A stretch of 64,000 nt of DNA. Origin: Pelagomonas calceolata (Eukaryota). Of this stretch, positions 1-10,700 are shown in pieces. The stretch spans positions 620,001-684,000 of the forward strand of contig CAKKNE010000001.1 in assembly GCA_918797485.1 (NCBI GenBank), written 5' to 3'. The notes under the pieces were generated by a model. That model ran no database searches and was not told the DNA's origin. It was given only the letters and a program-made list of their open reading frames with translations. Position 1 is the stretch's first letter. The number at the start of each line of letters is the position of its first letter. The translations under genes were made by a program, and so were the position numbers.

Positions 1-889
1 GCTCGTCCCGCGCGGCGCCGTCCGACGACGTCTCGAGCAGCTCCTTGACGGCGCAGGGCGTGCCTTTGAAGGACGCGGACCGCACACTGCCGGAAGCGCC
101 CTTGCCGAGGGCGACGGCGTCGCTGAAATCGATCCGGGCCATCGTCGTCTCGAGCGCGCTAGCCAGTTGGCCGAAGCCGACGAGCCGCGGGTTCCCGGCC
201 AGCGCGACCCAAGCTAATCTAGGCGCCCTCAGCACTTCGTCCGGCAGGGACTGCAGGTCGTTGTTCGCGAGGCGCACTAATTCTAGGGATGCTAGGTTTT
301 TTGAGGGGTTAGTGCCGCCAGTAAACGAAGTGAGCTTGTTGTTCGCCAACATGAGCTTTCTTATAGAAGAGAACTTGCGCCACGCTTCCTCATCGATTGT
401 CGTAATTTGGTTGTCCGTGAAGATGGCGTGGATTAAGTGCGGGGGTAACGCGTCTCCATGTAACTTGGTGAGGCCGTTGCTCTTGAGTCCCAGGCGCGTC
501 AGCGACGTCATTCGCGCGAGGACCTTCGGGACACTCTGCATGCGTCTGCTCCCCAGCACGAAGAGGATTTCGAGCCGCGTGCACTTTGCTAACGTCATCG
601 GTAGGTCCGTGAGGTCGTTGCCTCCTAAATCAAGTTTCTTGAGCGATGCGCACTGGCCGATGGCCGCCGGCAGCTCCGTCAGGCCGCAGTTCCTCAACGA
701 AAGCTCGACCAAAGAAGGGAGGCGCGGCGCCCAGCGGGGGTTTGTGAGGACGTCGCATGGTATTTCTTCATTATCCTTGGCCTCGTCTTGTCGTGAGAAC
801 GCGTATAGGACGGCGAACGCTACCAAAGCTCCAGCGAGGGCGACGCGTCGTTGCGAGAGTAGTACGAGCCACGGCTGCGGCTTTGGCAT
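1..889 (-). CDS. LRR-containing protein kinase (N-terminal hydrophobic anchor, LRRs, start of kinase domain); runs off the window start
   Basis: Manual minus-strand translation (absent from the ORF track): MPKPQPWLV..., LRRs such as LVELSLRNCGLTELP, LKKLDLGGNDLTDLP and LELVRLANNDLQSLP, then LGKGASGSV...AVKEL. Alternative in-frame ATG at 955. Confidence 0.85.
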   Translation of the reverse strand, partial: MPKPQPWLVLLSQRRVALAGALVAFAVLYAFSRQDEAKDNEEIPCDVLTNPRWAPRLPSLVELSLRNCGLTELPAAIGQCASLKKLDLGGNDLTDLPMTLAKCTRLEILFVLGSRRMQSVPKVLARMTSLTRLGLKSNGLTKLHGDALPPHLIHAIFTDNQITTIDEEAWRKFSSIRKLMLANNKLTSFTGGTNPSKNLASLELVRLANNDLQSLPDEVLRAPRLAWVALAGNPRLVGFGQLASALETTMARIDFSDAVALGKGASGSVRSASFKGTPCAVKELLETSSDGAARDE

Positions 890-1179
890 CTTTTTTTTTG
901 GCAGGCCTTGCTCGGCGGCTGCTAGCTTGTTGCTGCTGCTATTGTTACGGCGCATGCAAGGCTGCAGCTGTCGTGCAGCGCAAGCCCCGTTGCCTTTTCC
1001 TTGTGCGCAAACTGTGTCGTCGGCCACGCAAACTCCACCCGACGACTGTGCGTCAAGGACGGCGCGGCGAATGGTCGTGTGCTCGGGGCGGTTGCTGAGT
1101 AGCAACGCTTGCACACCTGCGCTTGAGCTGTGCAACAATGCGTGCCTGCTCAGCTCTTTTGTGTCGACGCCACGACTAA

Positions 1180-1201
1180 CTAGCGTCGTGTAGACACTAG
1201 C
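1180..1201 (+). promoter_or_regulatory. Paired-CTAG upstream motif
   Basis: CTAGCGTCGTGTAGACACTAGC. Confidence 0.55.
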
Positions 1202-1393
1202 ATTTTTTTTGCACAGCCCCGATGAATCGGCGACGCGCGGTGTCTCCCCCCCAGGGACTACGCCCACTAGTCCTAGCACCGTAACATCGTCAAACCGCCA
1301 GGGGTCTGCTGCCCCTTCACGCCATCGAGGCAACGTGGTTCGTAGACGACCCAGTTCATCCAAAAACGAATTGATTACCCCCGCAAAAAACAC

Positions 1394-2218
1394 TCAGTCG
1401 TCGCAGCCGCAGTCGGCGGGCGGGAACGGCGTCGGGTCCTCGTAGAAGAGCAACGGAAACATGCCGAAGACGCAGCCCACGATGATGCCCAGCGCGCCGC
1501 CCAATGCATGGACGCGCGTCGCGCTCGCCGTCGCGCGCTGCGCGGCCGACAGGTTCGCGCACGGCAGCACGGGTCTCAATAAACGCTCGACCGTCCCGCC
1601 GGAGACCTGGCCCGTCGTGTCGGCCACGATGTTGCCCATGGCCGCGCAGGCCATCGCGCTCAAGCCTAGACTCATGCCGAGATGCGCCTCGATCTGCTCG
1701 CCGGCCACCAACATGATGGCGTTGTCCAGAAATCCAAAGGTAAAGCACGGCACCGCCGCCACTAAACCAAGCTTCATCAACTGCGATCTAGATGGAGGCT
1801 CCGTCGCGCGGCTCGCCGACACGGCGAGCAGGGTTGGCGCCCGCCGCCGCCACCAGGCGCTGAGCTCGGCTTCCGTGACGACGCCGTCGTGGTTCAGGTC
1901 CGCCTCCGCAGCTATCGCTTGGCCCGACATATTCGTTTCTTTCTCTAAACGTCTTCCGACGGCCGCGGCGAGCTTCTTGAACTCGGCCTCTGGTAGTGTT
2001 GCTATTTGATGTACCAATGGCGGCTTTTGGTCGGTAGCGAGGCTCCGCGCACGTGCTCTCGTTGCGCCGACAGCGTGTGGGTGGCAGCGGCGTGCTCTTG
2101 ACTCGCCGACAGCGTGTGGGTGGCTGCTCCGCAGACGTGCTCGCGCCGCGCCGGCAGCAGATGGGTGGCTGCTGCTGCCGGATCGCGCTCCCCGCATGAG
2201 CACGCGTGCTGTTCTCAT
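1394..2218 (-). CDS. TMEM65-family membrane protein with EF-hand-like motif
   Basis: FGFLDNAIMLVAGEQIE...AAMGNIVAD TMEM65 signature; DLNHDGVVTEAEL EF-hand; Arg/Ala-rich N-terminus resembling a mitochondrial presequence. Confidence 0.8.
   Translation of the reverse strand: MRTARVLMRGARSGSSSHPSAAGAARARLRSSHPHAVGESRARRCHPHAVGATRARARSLATDQKPPLVHQIATLPEAEFKKLAAAVGRRLEKETNMSGQAIAAEADLNHDGVVTEAELSAWWRRRAPTLLAVSASRATEPPSRSQLMKLGLVAAVPCFTFGFLDNAIMLVAGEQIEAHLGMSLGLSAMACAAMGNIVADTTGQVSGGTVERLLRPVLPCANLSAAQRATASATRVHALGGALGIIVGCVFGMFPLLFYEDPTPFPPADCGCDD
2065..2175. repeat. Imperfect ~39-45 bp tandem repeat (x3) in the TMEM65 N-terminal coding region
   Basis: cgccgacagcgtgtgggtggc at 2065 and 2104; degenerate third copy at ~2149. 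Confidence 0.75.
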
Positions 2219-2490
2219 GCTGAGTGATTGCAGCCTTCAAGAGATTGTTTTCCAAGCCCCTTTTCTGCTATGTTATCACCGAGGGGCTTCCAGGGTTGCT
2301 CGGATAGAGCAGAGCCCAAAAGCTAGTGCGTCTTATGCGTCTTTTTTGCGCTAGCTTCGACGCTTTGGCACATTGCCTCCATCGCTGCGTTTGTGGCGTT
2401 TGTGGACGTAAAGGAGCGAGCGATTGATTGCTTGCATCGCTGCGATCGCCCACAGTGCGTGCAAGGCTATAGCCAAGCTTACCGGGCAAC

Positions 2491-3534
2491 ATGCTGCTCG
2501 CCACTCTGCGTCGCCCAGCCGCAGTGCTGCGTACGCTGTCGACGCGGGCGCTCTCGACCGCAGCACCGTTCGCCGCGAACGCGGAGAACTTCATCGCACA
2601 AGTGCTACAAAACCCAAAGCCCGTCGTCCTCGACTGCCAGGCCGACTGGTGCGGCCCCTGCAAGACGCTCGCCCCCATTTTGGAAGCGGAAATCGCCAAG
2701 ACCCAGGGCAAAGTGTTACTCGCGACGCTGGATGTGGACGCGGAGCAGGAGTTGTCAGGAAGACTCGGCGTCCAGCAGCTCCCGACGGTCATGGGTTTTT
2801 GTGGCGGCACGGTCCCGAAGGACGGCGCCGGCAACCCGCTGGTTCTTATTGGTGCCGTGCCGCAGCCTCAGGTGGCGCAGTTCGTCTCCCTTCTCGCGTC
2901 GCTGGCTCCGGCCGAGGGAGAGCTCCCCGAGGACGCGACGCAGGCTAGGGTCCAGGCCTTTCAGCTGCTGGATTCTGGAAATGTGCCCGGCGCCGCCGAG
3001 GCCTTCCAGGGCGAATATACGAGATTAAGGACCATGGACGAGAATGATCGAGCAAAGGCCGCGGCGGACCCGGCCGCGCCGCGGAAGTCGCGGGGCGTCG
3101 AGCCGCTGGAATACGACTCCGACCGGCCCGAATCCATCGAAATGGCCTGGTGCCTGTACGGGCTCGCGCGGTGCGCTCTGGAAAACTCGCCGTCGGAGCC
3201 GGAGGCCGCCGATCAAATCTTGGGCGCGCTGCGGGATAAAAGAAGGAAGAACGTTATTGACAAGGAGCCGAATTTGAAGGCTGCTGTCAGTAGATTGGCC
3301 CTGGCGCTCGACGGCGACGCCGGCGACGGCGACGCGCTGTCGGTGGCTCGCAGAATATTCGCGTCGGGCGACGTCGAAGGCGCTCTGGACCACGCGCTGG
3401 ACGCCGTCAAGGCCGCGGCGGGCGACGACGAGCGCGAGGCGGCGCGGGAGCTCTGCGTGACGATCATCGACGCGATGGGCCCGGGCAAGGAGTCGCTGCG
3501 GGCGCGGAAGAAGCTCGCGAGCGTGCTCTTTTAG
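2491..3534 (+). CDS. Thioredoxin + TPR-like protein (YbbN/CnoX-like chaperedoxin), probably mitochondrial
   Basis: WCGPC active site; helical C-terminus ending RARKKLASVLF like YbbN; presequence-like N-terminus. Confidence 0.85.
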   Translation: MLLATLRRPAAVLRTLSTRALSTAAPFAANAENFIAQVLQNPKPVVLDCQADWCGPCKTLAPILEAEIAKTQGKVLLATLDVDAEQELSGRLGVQQLPTVMGFCGGTVPKDGAGNPLVLIGAVPQPQVAQFVSLLASLAPAEGELPEDATQARVQAFQLLDSGNVPGAAEAFQGEYTRLRTMDENDRAKAAADPAAPRKSRGVEPLEYDSDRPESIEMAWCLYGLARCALENSPSEPEAADQILGALRDKRRKNVIDKEPNLKAAVSRLALALDGDAGDGDALSVARRIFASGDVEGALDHALDAVKAAAGDDEREAARELCVTIIDAMGPGKESLRARKKLASVLF

Positions 3535-3555
3535 GCTTATTCTTAAATTAGTTGT

Positions 3556-4428
3556 TTACACAGTCTTCCCGTCAAGCGCGTCGAGGGCGTCCTCGAAGTT
3601 GCACACGGCGCAGATGCCCGGGTCCTTCCACTCGTACAGAAGCCCGCCCGCGCCGTCGCCGATGGCCAGGCCCCCGAGCTGCGTGAGCACGGCGAGCTGG
3701 TCGTCCCGCGGCCTCAACGCGTCCCAGTTCTGTAACGAGACGCCGATCATGTTCTGCAGGCGCAGCGTCGCGAGCTCGAGCGGCCGCCGGCCCCAGTCGC
3801 CGACGACGGGCAGCTCGTCGAAGGCGTATCCGGAGCCGCGACCCGTCTCAACCACCAGCCCCGTGCCCGGCCACCGGCCCTGCGCCGACCCCTGGGCCAT
3901 CGCGTCCGCGATCCAGGGCTGGGCCCTCCAGGGGTTGCCGATGTAGCCGCCGATGACTGCTGGTAATGTAGCCCAAGCTCCGAGACCGAGGAGCATGCCG
4001 AAGAGCTTGCCGTAGGCGTTTATCGGGATCTGACCGTCGAAGAGACTATCTTCGTCCGGCAGCCAGCCGCGGCCGCAGCCGAACGCGCGGCCCGCGGCGC
4101 CATTCGGATCGCAGTACACGTCGCAGACGCCCTCCAGACCGAGCAGCTCCACAAACTTCTCCGAAGCCGCCTCGTCGGCGTTCAGGATGAGATGCAGTGA
4201 CTCGACGCCCCGCTCCTTCAGCTTTGGGGCGTAGTGCCGCAGCCGCTGGCCGTACTCGATGGCGTTAAAGTCCGCAGCATACGTGCCGAAGATCACGGCT
4301 GCCTTCTTGTCGAGCAATGCGCCCACGTCGATCGATGCGGCGCCGCCGAGTGGTTTGACTCCTATGCCATTGAGAGGCTGCAGTGCTGTGACAGCTGTCG
4401 GTAGCGCTGCGAGGAGTGCTAGCTGCAT
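3556..4428 (-). CDS. Peroxiredoxin-like 2 (AhpC/TSA-2, AAED1-like) protein with signal peptide
   Basis: ATG at 4428 (MQLALLAALPTAVTA); RRPLELATLRLQNM and LTQLGG motifs. Confidence 0.75.
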   Translation of the reverse strand: MQLALLAALPTAVTALQPLNGIGVKPLGGAASIDVGALLDKKAAVIFGTYAADFNAIEYGQRLRHYAPKLKERGVESLHLILNADEAASEKFVELLGLEGVCDVYCDPNGAAGRAFGCGRGWLPDEDSLFDGQIPINAYGKLFGMLLGLGAWATLPAVIGGYIGNPWRAQPWIADAMAQGSAQGRWPGTGLVVETGRGSGYAFDELPVVGDWGRRPLELATLRLQNMIGVSLQNWDALRPRDDQLAVLTQLGGLAIGDGAGGLLYEWKDPGICAVCNFEDALDALDGKTV

Positions 4429-5063
4429 CCTGCCAGCTGTGTGCCCCTGTAATCGATGGCACAGAGCACAGAACTTCTCCAGTTGTCTCCGCAGCCGATG
4501 CAGCACCTATGCGAGGCTCCTGCACGTCGACTGCAGCGTGATTGCGGCGTGTAGCGTGCGTGTTGGTTCGATTTGTGCCAGGCTGGCACCTCGAACCCGC
4601 ACAATAGGAAAACCACCGTGGCCGTCCCCGGTGCTTGAAACCTGAGGAGAGCGGTCCGAAGAGCCGTATGCGGGCCCCGGGATGCGTGTAGGTCCGTTTT
4701 TCGACCAGCTTCGTAGGCAGGGGCTTGCAGCCCCGAGTCGCTCCGTATCGCCTGCCTACGGGCGCCCCGGGCGCCAAAAACCTACCTCGGGCGCGTGCAG
4801 AGAACACAGCTGGCCTCCCGAGCTCGGAGATTGCAGCGAAATCGCCGCGGCGGCGAGCGAGCCAGCGATTCCCAGGAGCCAGGGGCTGGCCTGCATACGA
4901 ATTGACGCGGCCGGCCGTGGCCGGCCCCGCTGGCGCAAGCGTCCCTCGGCTCTGACAGGCTGTCCCAAAAGGCGCGAGCCGCCGAAACCCTCAACCTGAC
5001 TCGTTTCCCGCGCCGACCCGAACGCTCTGAGCTCGCCTCTCGCTCGTAAAACCCGGCCTAGCC

Positions 5064-6506
5064 ATGGACGACTCGACCCAGTCCTTGAGAGCCGCGGACC
5101 CCCTCCAGCAGGCCGCCGCGGCGCGGCGCGCGCGGTCCGTCACGCCGTCTTCCACGGACGGCTCGCCGCGGCGCCGCTCGAGGCTGGGTACCCCACCACC
5201 GTCGCCGGCGCGAGCGACCCCATCACCCGCGCAAGGGTTTGACGACTCCCTCACGGCGGCGCAGCACAACAGCGCCGGCGGCGAGACGGCGTCGTCGCCG
5301 TCGCGCCACACGTCCGACGACGAGTTCGACCTCGACGAGATCTTCGCGAGCAATCCTTCCACTCCGAAGGGCCGCTACGCGAAGTGGCTGCGGGCCTCGG
5401 GCCCCATTACTATCCGCCGTAGCAAGGAGGAGCACCCTCCCTCTCCGTCCGTGTCGTCCTCGTCCTCCTCGTCACCGAGGCATTGGCCGGGCAGTTCTGA
5501 GCTCGACGAGTTGCATGGACGAGCCAAGACGCGGCGACCGTTGCCGGAACGTATTGTTGGAGACGGCTGCGCGTTGCCCGAATTTGATTATGCGACACTC
5601 GGCGAGGTCGACGAGCCGATGGCCTCCGGGAAACAAGCTTTCGTCTATGAGGTCACCGTTCATAGAAAACGAGCTGCGTTGAAGGTCATGCGGCGCGAAT
5701 TGGCGGAAGTTGTTGCTGAAAGGAGAGCCTTCGTGCGAGAATGTCACTTGCTCGCGCGCATCAAGCACGCGCACATCGTACCCTTGTACGGCGTGTCGAC
5801 GACTTTGAGCGGACTGCCCTGCGTTTTGTTAAGGTGGTGCGACAACACGGTCATCCGGTCCTTGCGTCTGGACGAGGTCGGCCACGACCCGGAGGTTAGA
5901 GCGACCGTCAAAAGGGAGTGGCCCTCTCGAGAAAGGTTACGACTCATGGGCGAGCTCGCCGACGCCCTGGACCACCTGCACACGCGCGCGATTTTGGGAG
6001 CCCACGTGGCACACAGAGACGTCAAGCCTCCCAATTTTGGCCTGACCGCCACCCGCTCTTTGGTGCTCTACGACTTCGGTCTCTCCGTCGCGTTGCTCGC
6101 CAAACATAGCACGAGGGGAGACACCTTCGAGCTGACGGGCGATACCGGTACCAGGAGGTACATGTCGCCCGAGGTCGCCGAGGGCAAGCCGTATGGTGTT
6201 AGCGTCGACGTCTACGGCTGGGCCATCTGCGCGCACGAGATCTTTCACCTAAGGGGCAAGCCCTTTCATGGGTTGTCGGTCTCGCAGCACACGGAGCGCG
6301 TCGTGCGGAACGGGGCTAGACCGGTGATTCCCTCGACCTGGGACCACCGGCTGATCGAGCTTTTTCCTTCCGCTTGGGCGACGGCCGATAGACGCTGCGA
6401 CGCCGCGCGGTGCCGCGACGTCTGTAGGGATATTGTCGCTCATCCTGGCCCCGAGGACCCGCTGTCGACGAAGCTCCTGCCGACGTGCCAGTGCGCCATC
6501 TCATAG
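5064..6506 (+). CDS. Protein kinase (TKL-like)
   Basis: AALK, HRDVKPPN, DFG, GTRRYMSPE and DVYGW subdomains. Confidence 0.9.
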   Translation: MDDSTQSLRAADPLQQAAAARRARSVTPSSTDGSPRRRSRLGTPPPSPARATPSPAQGFDDSLTAAQHNSAGGETASSPSRHTSDDEFDLDEIFASNPSTPKGRYAKWLRASGPITIRRSKEEHPPSPSVSSSSSSSPRHWPGSSELDELHGRAKTRRPLPERIVGDGCALPEFDYATLGEVDEPMASGKQAFVYEVTVHRKRAALKVMRRELAEVVAERRAFVRECHLLARIKHAHIVPLYGVSTTLSGLPCVLLRWCDNTVIRSLRLDEVGHDPEVRATVKREWPSRERLRLMGELADALDHLHTRAILGAHVAHRDVKPPNFGLTATRSLVLYDFGLSVALLAKHSTRGDTFELTGDTGTRRYMSPEVAEGKPYGVSVDVYGWAICAHEIFHLRGKPFHGLSVSQHTERVVRNGARPVIPSTWDHRLIELFPSAWATADRRCDAARCRDVCRDIVAHPGPEDPLSTKLLPTCQCAIS

Positions 6507-6883
6507 TAGAATCACACGGAATTTGGAAACCACATGAACTAACTAGCCCTCGCTGTGGGCGCTGTGACCAAGGATACGCCTTGGAAACCACATGATAATG
6601 ATGCCCGCGCCGCGTGTGGCGCGGGGCTTACCATCACCACCCCCTGAAACACGATCATCTTCACCCCTCGCTGTACATATATACCGTTCGCCGTGGCGAA
6701 AAGAAAAAGAAAGCCAACGCCTCGCCGCGACGCCTCCCGTGCGTCGACGCCGCCACGGCCACCAACGAATCACCAGCACCCCAACGCGGCCATTTGAGCC
6801 GCGATGTGCCTCCGCGCCAGGCGTCTATGCTCACGCCTGCGCGGGGTTTAGTGATAACTTAACTACCGTAATGATAAATTGCC

Positions 6884-7120
6884 TTAGTAAAAGCCGGTGT
6901 GCGCCCAAAACTCGACGATACGCGGAACAATCTCCCCCGGGAGCTGCGGGAATTTTGGAACGAACATCGCTGCGAGGGACGCGCGGTGGGCGCGTTCGTA
7001 AGGAACGAAGCCTCCCGCGGCCACTACCTTCTGAATGTACGGAATCGTGCGATAATTCGGGCTGATGTGAGGTATCCTCGCGCCGGCCCTGAGAAGGTGC
7101 GGATAGGCACGCCTCCACAA
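6884..7120 (-). pseudogene. 5'-truncated fragment resembling the C-terminus of a pelagophyte expanded (ankyrin-associated) gene family
   Basis: YIQKVVAAGGFVPYERAH...PKFPQLPGEIVPRIVEFWAHTGFY*; no ATG start; family recognised from memory, not searched. Confidence 0.5.
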
Positions 7121-7627
7121 CTTGGGGTGATACGTATCATGGGTTCACATGAAGTGGACATTCTGAATACGAGAGCCAACATAGCCGTTTCTTTATGCTG
7201 CCTCGGGCGACACGAGGAGGCTCTCGCGTTGCGTCGCGAGATATACGCCAGGAAAATTGCACTCGGACCGACTAAAGATACGCTCTTGTATGCCAGCAAT
7301 CTCTCCGAGTCACTGGTCACTAACGGCCTGTGGGCCGAGGCCAAGCAGTTCATAAATGACCAAATGCCATTGTTCGAGGAAGTACATGGACCCAACCACG
7401 ACCTTACGCTAAAGATGCGCTGGCGTTTGGCGATGGCCCTCTGTGACGACACCGACGCTACCCTCGGCGACTTGACCGAGGCGACTGCAATTTTGGAAGA
7501 TGTCTGTCGGCGGTTGCGACGCTTACTCGGGGACGCCCACCCGCTAACGGCGAGGGCCCTACGCGTGCTCGAGGACACTCGAGCAGACCTCGCCGAACGC
7601 CAGCGCATCCTAGAAGACCTATACTAA
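7121..7627 (+). pseudogene. 5'-truncated TPR (kinesin-light-chain-like) gene fragment
   Basis: ANIAVSLCCLGRHEEALALRREIY and RRLLGDAHPLT repeats; upstream frame is the antisense of the neighbouring fragment. Confidence 0.55.
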
Positions 7628-7701
7628 GGCATATACTTGCTTGAATCTTAGGCCGGGTCGCCGAATAATGGGGAGGCGCGCGCAATCAGCCATGTGGGTG
7701 T

Positions 7702-10700
7702 CTAGTCGGAGTCCACGAAGCCGTCCGACTCGTCGCCCGAGTTCGCCCACTCGTCCTCCTCCGAGTCGCTGCCGGCGATGGCCGCGTAGTTGACGGCTTG
7801 CTTGGCCCGGCCGCCGCCGCGCGCGGCGCGCGGCGCCGGCGCCGCGACTGGCGCATCGAACTCGAATTCGTCCTCGGACTCGTCCTTGACGACGCGCTTC
7901 TTGGTCTTCTTCGGCTTCGCGGAAGGAGGAGCGGGGCTAAAGACGCACGCGCCGGGCGAATCCTCGACCTGGCGCGCCGCTCGTTTCTGGCCCTTGGCCT
8001 TGGGCAGCGGCGACCTGCGCGGGACGGCGTCGATGGCGGCGCGTCGACGGCGTCGCGTCGATGGCGTATGAAGTGCTCCAGGGACGCTGAGAGACGGACT
8101 CCTCGACCGGCGGCGGCTTGGTCGCCGCCTTCTTGGGCTTCGGCGGAGCCTTGGCTTTCGGAGCCGCGGCTGCTTTCTTCGGCGCCTTTTTCGGCTTCGG
8201 CGCGGACTCGAACTCGTCCTCGCTATCATCATCTAGGGAGAAGTCGTCCTCCGACGATTCCTCGTCGCTGTTCCACGCGCTCTGCTTCTTCTTCGCCGGC
8301 GGCTTCTTGGCCGGGGCCTTGCGCGCCGGCGCGGCCTTCGGCGCGGCCTTCGGCTTCGGCTTCACCGGCTCGGGCGCGAACTCCTCCTCGTCGGACTCCT
8401 CCATGGGCGCCGGCCGCGGCGCTTCGACGGTCTCTTGAGTCATCGGGAAGTCTCCATCGTCGTCCTCGGCGGCGTCGTCGTCCGAGTCGAACTGGTACCT
8501 GTGTGGGCGACCGTCGGTGGGAGCCGCCGTGGCGAACGTGCCGGTCCGGCGAGTTCGGACGCAGAGAGCCGCACGTCTTCTTGGTCGCTGCCGCGCGGCC
8601 GCTCCTCGCGCGCGGCGCGACGGGCGCCGACGACGCGAAGTTGTCGTCGTCCGAGTCGCTCCCGACGAAGCCGTCCGACTCCTCCTCCTCATCGGACCAC
8701 GCGGCCTTAGGCTTCGCCTTCGGCTTAGGCTTGGCCGCGGCTTTAGGCGCAGCCTTGGCCTTCGGCGGAGCTTTGGGCGCCGGGGCCGGCTTCGCGACTG
8801 GTTTCGGCTTCGGGGCCTGCGTGGATCGACGGGTGAGTCCACGCGGGGATACAATGTGAAATTTCCGCGCCGGTCGCTACCGCCTTCTTAGGAGCCGGAG
8901 CCTTCTTCTTTTGTTTCGCGCCTGTGCGACGTCGACGGGTGAGTCAGGTACCGAACGTGTGAATTCTACACCGCCGCGTGCCCCAGTCGTCCTCCGAGTC
9001 GTCGTCGTAGCCGTCGGACTCCTCGTCGCTGTCGTAGGTTTTCTTCTTCTTGGGCGCTCGTTTCGAGACGGCCTGCGCGGGATCGCGAGTCGCGGCACGC
9101 CGGCGGGCGGAATCACGGGGACGCCGTGAGGTGCCTTCTTGCCCTTCTTGTTGGCGTGGGCCTTGGCCTTCTTCGCCGCGTCGGCCTGCGCGCGCATGGT
9201 GTCGCGTCGATGGCGTGACGGAAGGTTAGAGACGCAGCCGACGCGCCTCGCCGGCCTCGCGCTTCGCGTCATCAATATCGAGCTGCTCCTCGAGCGCCTG
9301 GAGGTCCGTCAACCATAAATCAGTAGTGGCCGTGGCCTGGAGCGTGCGCAGCTCCGCGTCCTTCTCCGAGAGTTCGCCGCGCAGCGCGTCGACGCGCTCG
9401 CGCGTGAGCGCCCAGAGCCGCATCGACAGTAAGTAATCATAACCCTTCGCGAGCGTCCGAAGGTCGTCCGGCTCCTCAATCTGCTTAGGAGCCTCCTCGT
9501 CGTCGGACGCGTCGTCTTCGGCCGCGGCCGCAGTCTTCGGTTTCTTGGCGCTCTCGGGAATCACCGCGTCGTAGCCGTCCTCGACGAGCTGCGCGAGTAA
9601 CTCAGCCTTCTTTCTATTATGAACGACGAGCTCCTCGGATAAAACCGCTAAGATGAACCGGACCTTGTTGCGGAGCACGTTAACCTGGCCCTTTTTCTGT
9701 TTCACCAAATGAGCCTTGCGCTTCGCGTAGGTCTCGAGCCGCACCTTGTAGAACGCCTTGCAGATGTCGAAGGGCGTCGCGTAGCGCTCGATGGCCACGC
9801 CGCCGCTGTCGAAGAAGTTCATGTTCGACGTCGCCATCGAGGACTCGAGCTTGAACTTCTTGAGGAGCCCGCCCGGCGCCTTCTCGGCCTCGTCTAACTT
9901 AGCTCCCGATAGGGCCGTTACAGTAAACGACACCGTAGTATCCGTGTGGTTCTCCTTGAAGTCCTTGAGCCACGCCGTCGTCTTGTCGTCTCCCACAATC
10001 TGCTGCTCCAGCCACTGCTTGTAGTCGTGCGTCCACTTGCGCAGCGGCAACTCGTCGATGAGGACCTTCGTATCGTCCAAGCGCTCGACGCGACCCAACG
10101 CTTGGTACGATCCAGCTTTTTTTAGAATGACGTCTCCTTTAAAACCGCGGTACGACGGCGCCAAGCCATCGGCACCGACGTCCTCCGCGGCGCACGTCGC
10201 GAGTAGCGACGTCTCGTCGCAGTCGACGTCGTCGCCGGCGTGCGCGATCATCCGTCTCAGCACCGCTATGAGTTGTTTAGGGTCGTAATTGGGAACCGAG
10301 GTAGCCCAGCCCGTCCCGATACCGTCCGCCCCATTACATAAAGCCAGCGGCAAGACCGGCACGTAGTAGTTCGGCTCGATGCTTTGACCGTCGTCATCAA
10401 GGTACTTGAGGACAGCATCGTCGTCGGGATGAAACACTTTCCGAGCCACCGCCTCCAACTTCGTAAAAATATAACGGGAAGACGCCGCATCTTTCCCGCC
10501 CATGATTCTGGTACCAAATTGGCCGCAGGGCGCCAGCAGGTTCACATTATTGGAACCGACAAAATCTTGCGCCATGCCGACGATCGTCCCGGTCAGCGAG
10601 GCTTCTCCATGATGATATGCGCTGTGCTCCGAGACGTAGCCGGCCAATTGGGCCACTTTGATCTCGCGTTTCAACTTACGTTTGAAGCACGCGAACAGGA

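Noticed and set aside
45..1193. 382-aa plus-strand ORF, and the many other long Arg/Ala/Ser-rich ORFs overlapping real genes (e.g. 12259-13254, 14746-16017, 46065-47171)
   Set aside because: Antisense or alternate-frame shadows expected in high-GC coding DNA; no motifs
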